Shown here: one piece after another, positions 25,733 through 33,101 of the stretch | Layout: every line of letters begins with the position of its first letter | How positions within the stretch are numbered: position 1 is the stretch's first letter | DNA from: a virus | Length of the DNA: 40,374 nt | Direction: 5' to 3' (one strand) | Virus record (IMG/VR): IMGVR_UViG_3300045988_084041 | Span: 1-40,374 of that record | Program-made: the position numbers and the translations under genes | The notes under the pieces: model-generated | What the model was told of the DNA's origin: nothing | Databases searched by the model: none | What the model saw: the letters and a program-made list of their open reading frames with translations, nothing else

Positions 25733-25924
25733 ATGGACAAATGTTATTCTAAATGTTTTAAAGGTGTCTGTCCTCAAACCAATAAAGATGAACAAATATG
25801 TATTAATTTTGTCGAATTTCCCAATTCACACATAGTTGGTCATAAAGCATTAGGGTTTAAGTGTTTAGTACACAATAAGTGTCTTAATCCTAATGAATGC
25901 CCTATTTTCCTAAAATACAAGTAG
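25733..25924 (+). CDS. Small Cys-rich protein (63 aa, 7 Cys), opposite strand to the structural operon
   Basis: GAGGAGGTG RBS 7 nt upstream of the ATG at 25733. Translation: MDKCYSKCFKGVCPQTNKDEQICINFVEFPNSHIVGHKALGFKCLVHNKCLNPNECPIFLKYK. Flanked by terminators. Confidence 0.65.
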   Translation: MDKCYSKCFKGVCPQTNKDEQICINFVEFPNSHIVGHKALGFKCLVHNKCLNPNECPIFLKYK

Positions 25925-25927
25925 CAA

Positions 25928-25953
25928 AAAAGCACGTCCGCAAACGTGCTTTT
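25928..25953. terminator. Bidirectional terminator AAAAGCACGT/ACGTGCTTTT
   Basis: A perfect 10-bp stem with a 6-nt loop and flanking A/T runs. Confidence 0.7.
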
Positions 25954-26067
25954 AATCTCCATCAAGATATGCGTATTTATCTGACATTGATTTTTTCTTT
26001 TCTTCTGTCAAGCAGTCAATCATTCTCTGATTGGCTCTTTCGTTTTCCTCATCTGTTCCGCTTTTTA

Positions 26068-26307
26068 TCAATACCACATTACTAAGCATTCAGATGTCAG
26101 CTCATTCCTTTCTGCCATATTTATTAACTTACGCTTTGCCATGTGCATATGAGTCTTACAGTAAGCATATTCTGTTGGCAACACATCATGTGTTAATTCT
26201 TCACTAGTCATATTTACGAACATATTTATACCTATTGTACAATCCTCAGGATAAGCTACACAAGAAATAGTTTCATTATCTTTTTTTATGTTTTTCAATC
26301 GTATCAT
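26068..26307 (-). CDS. Small hypothetical protein (79 aa) overlapping the MuF 3' end; candidate immunity-type partner
   Basis: ORF track entry. AT-rich, with a 32-nt overlap with the MuF gene. No family recognised. Confidence 0.55.
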   Translation of the reverse strand: MIRLKNIKKDNETISCVAYPEDCTIGINMFVNMTSEELTHDVLPTEYAYCKTHMHMAKRKLINMAERNELTSECLVMWY

Positions 26308-27790
26308 AATATTTTCTTGCCTCCCTCGAATAATTATATTCTTTAGATGTCATTATATGTGCCTCACTTTGAGGTATCCCTAAATCTACAAGTTTGTTTT
26401 CCATAATTTCATGTTTAAGTAATATCAAATCATGTTGTTGAATGTTTTTACCATCTATTAATCTTTGCCATGATTGAGCCATTTCATAACTTGCGTCAAA
26501 ATATTCTAATTTTCCTCTACCTAAATCATGTTTCTCCATAAATATAAAGTTTTTTATTCTTTGTATTTCATTTGTAGAGTATCCTGTATTAGATGCTATT
26601 CTTGCAACATCAGTTGTCATATGCCTTACAGATTCATAATACCTAACAGCGTGTTCTTCTGCCCTTTTACTGTACGGATTTAAAGCACCACTTATCGCTC
26701 CCGCTTTTATTATACCACGTTTTTCACTATTTGCAACATATTTTAACGCATTTTTCTGTTCGTCCGACAAACTGTTTTTCCATTCGTCAAACGTCATACC
26801 ACCGTCAACCTTATAATTTTCGCCAGTGAGCGGATCGCGTGCAATACGACTTGTCAAATTCACGTCTGCCATAATCGTAACGCACCGACAACGTGGGTGT
26901 ATCGGTGGGAAGTTTTCGCCCTCAACGGCTTTATCCGTATCAAACACGCTACCGTCAAGACTTCCGCACCTGTCACACGTCAATTCAGACAATGCCGCCA
27001 CAAATTGATATTTCTTTATGCCGATTTCCTCATATGCCATTCTCTGCCCTTGGTTCATAAAATGTGCCGTTTCACTTCGCACAAGTGTTTCGGCTGATGT
27101 TCGTATTCCGCCTGGTGCAGTATCTTTGACGTAATCAATCAGCTTGTCAGTCATACGGCTTACGCTGTGACCGCTGATTATACCGTCCTCAATCGTCTGT
27201 CCGACTGCCTGTATAAATCTGTCGTTATGTATCCACACTCTCTCGCTGTAGTTGTGACCGTGCCACGGCTCTCTTAACACCATATTAACCGCTCTTTGCG
27301 GAACGAGTGAAAAATCAATACCGCAGTTTAAACCTTGTGCAGTATCAAATATATTCGTGTAATATGCCGTCTTTACTGCACTGTCATACAGTTTCTTTTG
27401 CTCCTTTATAGCCTCGTTTGCAACGTGCCTAAAGTAAATATATACATTACGTTTCAGCCCCTCTAATCGGCTAATTCTCGCACCGTATGCCTGTGCATTT
27501 ATGCGGTTTAGAATTTCCTTTTTGACTGTCTTGTCGTCTGTTTCGTCGTACAGTTCAAGAAGTTCTTCATACTGCTTGTCGCTGTCGGCTATGCTCATTA
27601 ATCGGCGTGCCTCTTTTTCGGGTATATCAGTCGAAATATAGGCTTTAAACGTTTTCTCAATATCATTGTTTACATTCTTGATTGCTCGCTCATATGCCTT
27701 AATTACACCGTCCTTAACGCTGTCCGCTTGCGATTGTAAATATGTTTCAACTTCAACGGCACGTTTTACCCAATATGCCTTACTCTTCAT
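26276..27790 (-). CDS. Minor head protein, MuF/SPP1 gp7 family, with about 150-aa AT-rich C-terminal extension
   Basis: MuF core: NYSERVWIHNDRF...RSETAHFMNQGQ...CDRCGSLDGSVF...PPIHPRCRCVTI. Residues from about 355 to 504 lie beyond the core and are encoded by markedly AT-richer DNA. Confidence 0.85.
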   Translation of the reverse strand: MKSKAYWVKRAVEVETYLQSQADSVKDGVIKAYERAIKNVNNDIEKTFKAYISTDIPEKEARRLMSIADSDKQYEELLELYDETDDKTVKKEILNRINAQAYGARISRLEGLKRNVYIYFRHVANEAIKEQKKLYDSAVKTAYYTNIFDTAQGLNCGIDFSLVPQRAVNMVLREPWHGHNYSERVWIHNDRFIQAVGQTIEDGIISGHSVSRMTDKLIDYVKDTAPGGIRTSAETLVRSETAHFMNQGQRMAYEEIGIKKYQFVAALSELTCDRCGSLDGSVFDTDKAVEGENFPPIHPRCRCVTIMADVNLTSRIARDPLTGENYKVDGGMTFDEWKNSLSDEQKNALKYVANSEKRGIIKAGAISGALNPYSKRAEEHAVRYYESVRHMTTDVARIASNTGYSTNEIQRIKNFIFMEKHDLGRGKLEYFDASYEMAQSWQRLIDGKNIQQHDLILLKHEIMENKLVDLGIPQSEAHIMTSKEYNYSREARKYYDTIEKHKKR

Positions 27791-29126
27791 TGTAGTTTAC
27801 TTTCCTTGCCGAACTTTCAGCGATACGCATATCTTCGGCGGACTTTTCAGCCTGTTCTCTGCGTGCGATTTCAACTTCTTCCTTTGCGTCTGTTATAAAC
27901 GGCAGACGCTCTAATAATGTTTCGTCAGACGCAAGACCTTTGAGGTAATTAATCATCTGCGCTATTTCAAGTTCGTTTGCAGGCAAGTTATATGTAAATC
28001 CAATATCAACTCTGTGCGACGGCACTTCTTTCATTGCGTTTAATGTCACTAAGAAATTGTTGTAAATCTCTAAACGTTTTCTCAACGTCTTAGCGAAATT
28101 ACGTTCTTTGTTCTTGACGTGCTGTTCAAATCCCAACAGCTTGTACTTTATCGCCACACCCGACAAGTTGTTGCCGAAACTTTCGTCCGACAGGTCGGGA
28201 ACGTGTGACAAACGGTGTATATCGTCCTTGATGTCGTCACGCAACACCTTTGTATCAGCCTCGTTCAGCACCTTTGACAGATACTCCGCCTTTGCGTCAC
28301 CGTCACCCATTAAGATACGTTCTACCAATAATTTTTTTGCCTGTTCGGTGTCAAGGTCGCAGTTACACAAAAACAACAGCGAATTAACAAATTGCTCTTT
28401 GTCATTAATTCTATCTGACATCAACACATTGTATGCGTCAATCTGTGTTATAAGCTGTTCAAAATCGCCCTGCATTTCCGTATTATTTCTGTATTCGATA
28501 ATAGGTACATCAAAAAAGTAATGCGGTTCAACATTTTGCAATGACAATGCCGTATAGCTGTCAAGACCTGTGTATGTATATATAAACGACTCATCATACA
28601 CACGACAAATACTGCCTGTGCAGTAGCCGTCAAGGTCGTATTTCTTGTAGTAATACACCGCAAACAACGGCTTTTCAAATGCCGACTGCGAGTAACATAC
28701 AAATGTATGCTCCGGGTCCAATCGGACACTTCTCGGCTTGCTTTTTTCATCTGCATAAATCAGTTCATATGCTTTGCCGTAAATGCTCATATTCTTTACG
28801 ATTTCACTGTCCACACTCGGCATATCCTGTTCCAAATATTCGTTTTTGATTGCCTCAATATCGTATTCGTCCGACACCGCATACGTTACAGGATTGCCGA
28901 CAAGATAACTCTGTGTCATATCGGTTATGTACTTTGCGTGATTACACATTATGCGGTTGTTTGCCACGTTTTTGCCTCTTTTTCTGCGGCTTAAAATGCG
29001 GTGATCGCCCATATAGTAATCGTGCAATAATCGGTATCTCTGTCGCTCTCGCTCGTGCCGTTCAATCAATTTTGTTATGATGAACGGTGTCACACCGCCT
29101 GCGACTATATCTTCATCAATTATCAT
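27780..29126 (-). CDS. Portal protein (SPP1 gp6-like)
   Basis: A 448-aa ORF between TerL and MuF. The ATG overlaps the TerL stop. Confidence 0.85.
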   Translation of the reverse strand: MIIDEDIVAGGVTPFIITKLIERHERERQRYRLLHDYYMGDHRILSRRKRGKNVANNRIMCNHAKYITDMTQSYLVGNPVTYAVSDEYDIEAIKNEYLEQDMPSVDSEIVKNMSIYGKAYELIYADEKSKPRSVRLDPEHTFVCYSQSAFEKPLFAVYYYKKYDLDGYCTGSICRVYDESFIYTYTGLDSYTALSLQNVEPHYFFDVPIIEYRNNTEMQGDFEQLITQIDAYNVLMSDRINDKEQFVNSLLFLCNCDLDTEQAKKLLVERILMGDGDAKAEYLSKVLNEADTKVLRDDIKDDIHRLSHVPDLSDESFGNNLSGVAIKYKLLGFEQHVKNKERNFAKTLRKRLEIYNNFLVTLNAMKEVPSHRVDIGFTYNLPANELEIAQMINYLKGLASDETLLERLPFITDAKEEVEIARREQAEKSAEDMRIAESSARKVNYNEE

Positions 29127-30361
29127 ATTCCGTACTCCTCTCTTGAATAGATTTTAGCTTTCTTATCCTTGCGCCAACTCTCAACGCCGTATCTCAGTGC
29201 CGCCATTGCATCATCAAATACATTGACGGGTTCGTCAGTATACTCGTCCGACTTTTCATCAACTCGCCAACGCCATTGCTGTATCTCTTTGATTACATTC
29301 ACGCAAGACGGGTGAATGTGTATCTTTCTGCCTTTTAACCAGTCAATCTGCGATTGTATGCTGTTCGGATTTTTAACAACTGCCCTTGCGCGATAGCCTG
29401 CCTTTCGCCACATTTTTATACGGTCCGGCTCTGCACTGTCGCACCACATTGCAAGACTTTTGCTGAACTTCCCGTCAGCTTTAGTGATAATTTCGGTCGT
29501 ATCCATTTCGTGTACATACAGTTCATTACAAACGTAAATATCGCCGTCCTTATAACCTAACGTCAATATAGCATTTGCGTGATTAAATCCGAAGTCCTGT
29601 CCTATTGCCATAGCGTCAAAACGGCTCATATCTGTATCAAATTCTTCAATGCGATAATTTGAGAATATCAATCCGCCTGTTTCGCCCCATTCACCCAGTC
29701 CGTAAATTCTGTATCCCTCAGGGTCAACTTCTTTACGACGTAGCATACGTTGCCTGTATGCCTCGTCACAAAATCGGTTTGTTAAATATGTGCTTTGGTG
29801 CGTTAAGACGTTATCGTCCTGTATGTCGAAAAACACTTTCTTTATCCAGTGACTTGACGATACAGGGTTAAATGTCAATTTTATCTGATAAAAAAGACCG
29901 TCGGGGAGTTCACCTCTCAAACGGTCATCTATAATTTCAAAATCCTGTTGTACAAGTTCCGTAGCCTCTTCAATCCATACGTCCGTTAATTTTCCGTTTG
30001 CAAATGTGATTGATTTCAGTTTTTCACGTTGCTTGTTATCGTTGACACCGCGAAATATAATCTTGTTGCCGTTTATACAGGTGAACGACAACGGACTTTG
30101 CGTAACTCGCCACGCTCTGCCTACGCCCATACGGTTTATGGCACTTTCAAGCTCCGCAAAAGTGCTGTCGCGGTTTGTTATGTCGGACTTTCTCACACAT
30201 ACAAGATTACGTCCTTTGTCACGCATTAAACGAAGTATGTACAGTTGTGCAGTATCAACACTCTTGCCACTTCCGGCACTGCCTTTCATTACAACATAAC
30301 GCTTTTTACATTGATGTACAGGTTTGAATATCGGATTGAACGGTACTGTTATTTTGTTCAT
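29123..30361 (-). CDS. terL: Terminase large subunit (PBSX/Terminase_3-like)
   Basis: Walker A VVMKGSAGSGKS. Start placed at the ATG at 30361, with GGAG 9 nt upstream. The track's longer form overlaps terS by 107 nt. Confidence 0.85.
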   Translation of the reverse strand: MNKITVPFNPIFKPVHQCKKRYVVMKGSAGSGKSVDTAQLYILRLMRDKGRNLVCVRKSDITNRDSTFAELESAINRMGVGRAWRVTQSPLSFTCINGNKIIFRGVNDNKQREKLKSITFANGKLTDVWIEEATELVQQDFEIIDDRLRGELPDGLFYQIKLTFNPVSSSHWIKKVFFDIQDDNVLTHQSTYLTNRFCDEAYRQRMLRRKEVDPEGYRIYGLGEWGETGGLIFSNYRIEEFDTDMSRFDAMAIGQDFGFNHANAILTLGYKDGDIYVCNELYVHEMDTTEIITKADGKFSKSLAMWCDSAEPDRIKMWRKAGYRARAVVKNPNSIQSQIDWLKGRKIHIHPSCVNVIKEIQQWRWRVDEKSDEYTDEPVNVFDDAMAALRYGVESWRKDKKAKIYSREEYGI

Positions 30362-30830
30362 CGTCATCATCTCCGTAATCGATTTTAATGCTGTAGTCCA
30401 TATCACCGTCAACGTTTAATTTGTCTGTAAACAATGCGTAGTATTTACCCAACATTTCCGCCGCTTTGTTTACGTCCGACACCTTTGTCGGTATTTCAAC
30501 ACATATCGGTTGCTCCGCCTCATCAATTACTTTCTTGCCGTTATTATCGTAGTATGATTTTCGTGCTTTACACGTCACTACAACCGTTTCGGGTTTCTCA
30601 CGTCGCATAACAGCCGTAAGCGTTTTCAATACCTCATCTTGTTTGGCGATAAGAGCGTCCTCTTTCTCTTTCAGCCGTTTTTGTATGTATTCTTGAATTT
30701 CAGGTTTCTTCAAGTTCTCATTCCCAATCGAATACGCCGTCTTTTCCGAATATCCTGCTCTTAACGCCGCTTGCGTTGCATTCAAATCAATCAAATATTC
30801 CTCACAAAACCGTTTCTGTTTCTCCGTCAC
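30306..30830 (-). CDS. terS: Terminase small subunit (Terminase_2/P27-like)
   Basis: TEKQKRFCEEYLIDLNATQAALRAGYSEKTAYSIGNENLKKPEIQEYI is the typical N-terminal HTH. Start moved to the GTG at 30830 (AGGAGGTG plus 6 nt), because the track's ATG at 30869 lies inside a terminator stem. Confidence 0.8.
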   Translation of the reverse strand: MTEKQKRFCEEYLIDLNATQAALRAGYSEKTAYSIGNENLKKPEIQEYIQKRLKEKEDALIAKQDEVLKTLTAVMRREKPETVVVTCKARKSYYDNNGKKVIDEAEQPICVEIPTKVSDVNKAAEMLGKYYALFTDKLNVDGDMDYSIKIDYGDDDDEQNNSTVQSDIQTCTSM

Positions 30831-30860
30831 TCTTATCACCTCCTGTTTTATCTCATAAGA

Positions 30861-30886
30861 AAAACACACCCGATTAGGTGTGTTTT
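30861..30886. terminator. Bidirectional terminator AAAACACACC/GGTGTGTTTT
   Basis: A perfect 10-bp stem with a 6-nt loop, followed by a T-run in minus orientation. It lies 3 nt after the stop of the 4-TM gene. Confidence 0.7.
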
Positions 30887-30889
30887 AAA

Positions 30890-31513
30890 TTATTCATCGT
30901 TATCTTCACTTAAAAAATCAATAAATTTATATGATATATTTACCCTAAATAACGAAATAGTATTATAAATTGTACTTTTTATTTCTAAAAATACTCTAAA
31001 TGACAAGCTATAATATATAAACAATATAACAAAAGCCAATATATCACTAAAAGTTTTATTAATGATAATAAATTCATTATTTATAACTGATATAAATATT
31101 TTTATTATAAATGTTATTGCAATATTCACAAAATATAAAAACAATACTTTTTCATAATATGATAAATATTCTTTTAATTTTGACTTTTCTCCATTATCCA
31201 TCTTTATTCTAGATAATATTTTTAGCATATTGTCATTAAAAAAAGCTAATATAATAGAATATATGGTGAATATAATTCCAAACAACGCAAGTTGCACATT
31301 TAGAAACTCACTTATTATTGAATTTGTAACTACTACTGTTTCAAATGAAAAACTAGTTTTCCATGAAATATACGCCCCCAAAAGCAATGCTATAATTCCT
31401 AATATTACATCATCTTTCTTTAATTTAATCATTTTTAATGCCATTTTTATTATTTTATTAGATGGTGGTATCTTAATCATATCTATTGCGGCTTGCTTAT
31501 ACTCATTCTTCAT
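30890..31513 (-). CDS. Four-pass membrane protein (207 aa), second gene of the AT-rich cassette
   Basis: Hydrophobic segments: VILGIIALLLGAYISW, LALFGIIFTIYSIILAFF, VLFLYFVNIAITFIIKIFISVI and ILAFVILFIYYSLSFRVFL. AAGGTG RBS lies inside the upstream gene, with a 4-nt intergenic gap. Confidence 0.7.
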   Translation of the reverse strand: MKNEYKQAAIDMIKIPPSNKIIKMALKMIKLKKDDVILGIIALLLGAYISWKTSFSFETVVVTNSIISEFLNVQLALFGIIFTIYSIILAFFNDNMLKILSRIKMDNGEKSKLKEYLSYYEKVLFLYFVNIAITFIIKIFISVINNEFIIINKTFSDILAFVILFIYYSLSFRVFLEIKSTIYNTISLFRVNISYKFIDFLSEDNDE

Positions 31514-31517
31514 ATAA

Positions 31518-32480
31518 TCACACCTTTATAATCTTCCTTAATCTATCTACAGCTTTTTCAAACAAAGTTAAATTTTCAGAACTTGTTTTAGTTATTTTTT
31601 CATTTTTTTTCGCCTGACTAATCAAATATTTATCATCTTTTGAATTTATATTTCCATCAAAAATAATATCTGTATCTGATTTAAATTGCCCTTCTTTTAT
31701 ACGGACCACACTTCCATCAGAATTTTTTAATCTTAAACTTGTAACAGCCAAACCAGATGTATCTTGCACATTTTTAATTATTGTTTCAATAGACCTAGGA
31801 CTATTAATTTTCAAATTAGCAGAATTAGCCTCTAATTCTTTTATTTTTTGGTCCACATCATTCGCAAATTGAAGTGGTGATATGTCTGCATTTAAAGGGA
31901 AGAATTTAAAGTTGATCCATTCGATTTTTTTTGCATGTTTTAATGTATTCCTTATCTCTTCATCAAAAGGCATATCAACAATATTAATATTTGCCGCGGG
32001 TAAGTTATCTTCTTTTTTTCTTTCAAGATTACTTATATGTATATAGTTATTAATCATCTTTCTAAAATGTGCTTGAAAACTTCTTACATCAGGACTTACA
32101 CTGTCATTTTTTATTAGCACCATTCTGTGATTCTGTAAAAAAATTATAAATCTTGAATATGGAGACGATGGAACATACATATCTTTTTCTTCTAATTCTC
32201 CATTTTCCATAGTAGTATTTACACTGTATCCCATATTTTTGACATAGTTGCCTACTAAAACTATGTCATCGTCAATTTCCTTAACTTTTACATCTGTCAA
32301 TACAAAATTCATACCTGTTTTGTTTGGAGATTCTCTAATATATCCGCTTGTCATTGCAGGATATATTATATCAAAAAAATGTTCTAACATAGGCTCCGAA
32401 TCATTTCCAAATGTAATATTGAAATTAGCATAATACATTTTCTTATTAGTATACTCACTACTTATTATTTTATTTGCCAT
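31518..32480 (-). CDS. Soluble protein of unknown function (320 aa), first gene of the AT-rich cassette
   Basis: ORF track entry. GGAGGATAAAATT-ATG RBS. No catalytic motif recognised by eye. Very AT-rich. Confidence 0.7.
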   Translation of the reverse strand: MANKIISSEYTNKKMYYANFNITFGNDSEPMLEHFFDIIYPAMTSGYIRESPNKTGMNFVLTDVKVKEIDDDIVLVGNYVKNMGYSVNTTMENGELEEKDMYVPSSPYSRFIIFLQNHRMVLIKNDSVSPDVRSFQAHFRKMINNYIHISNLERKKEDNLPAANINIVDMPFDEEIRNTLKHAKKIEWINFKFFPLNADISPLQFANDVDQKIKELEANSANLKINSPRSIETIIKNVQDTSGLAVTSLRLKNSDGSVVRIKEGQFKSDTDIIFDGNINSKDDKYLISQAKKNEKITKTSSENLTLFEKAVDRLRKIIKV

Positions 32481-32651
32481 AATTTTATCCTCCGTAAAAA
32501 TTGTATTTGTGTATATAATTCGACAATATCACACAAAATTCCTTTTTTAGAAGAATAATTTTTTTAATATCTCCACTCCCACAAATCACACGAGATATTC
32601 ACCCATCATCTCACGATGATACACCGCTTATGTTACTAATTCCACGATACA

Positions 32652-33089
32652 CTATATCACAGATGCAATATAACATTCTATAACATCTTTAATCAAATTC
32701 AATGCCTTACCGTGCAAACGGCATATTTGCATATAGCTGTAATTCATTTTGCAAGCAATCATTTCCCACGTTTGAAAATTCAGATAACGCAAAATTAATA
32801 TAGTTCGAAGTGTTGCGTCGTCGAGTTTATTCACGTTTTCCAAAATCTCTTTTTTAATTTCGTACAGTCTGTCAATGCGTTTATCTATCAATTCGGAATA
32901 AGCGGCATAGCTTATGAACTTATTCTCCGAAGTATTCACGTTTGACGTCTGCACCTTTTCACTGCCCGACTGAGCCACAGTGCTTGTTGCGTTTGTCAAT
33001 GCTCGCTCCTGCTCCAAAATCAATGCGTTAATCTCCTCGTCCGTCTTTCTCGCTCTCGAAAGCCATTCTTTACATTCTTTAATCGTCAA
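32652..33089 (-). CDS. Sigma-70 region-4-like late-gene regulator (DUF1492 / ArpU-RinA-like)
   Basis: The C-terminus, DDATLRTILILRYLNFQTWEMIACKMNYSYMQICRLHGKALNLI, resembles a region-4 HTH. It sits between the replication and packaging modules. Confidence 0.6.
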   Translation of the reverse strand: MTIKECKEWLSRARKTDEEINALILEQERALTNATSTVAQSGSEKVQTSNVNTSENKFISYAAYSELIDKRIDRLYEIKKEILENVNKLDDATLRTILILRYLNFQTWEMIACKMNYSYMQICRLHGKALNLIKDVIECYIASVI

Positions 33090-33101
33090 ATCAATTCCCC
33101 C

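Noticed and set aside
25956-26067. A 23-codon minus-strand ORF (MIDCLTEEKKKSMSDKYAYLDGD) downstream of the 79-aa gene
   Set aside because: It has no convincing RBS and is very short. I cannot support it from sequence alone.
30831-30869. Upstream ATG (30869) given by the track as the terS start
   Set aside because: That ATG lies within the stem of the 30861-30886 terminator and has no RBS. The GTG at 30830 has AGGAGGTG at ideal spacing.
31230-31517. Plus-strand 95-aa ORF antisense to the 4-TM gene
   Set aside because: Open frames arise easily in DNA this AT-rich. It has no RBS, and the minus-strand ORF shows a coherent four-helix membrane topology.
32589-32650. Three CACGA(G/T) motifs (32589, 32612, 32643) in the gap downstream of the late-regulator gene
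   Set aside because: There are only three short copies with irregular spacing (23 and 31 nt) and no associated -10 element that I could find. This is too weak to call a regulator binding array, but it would be worth a look if late-promoter mapping is done.
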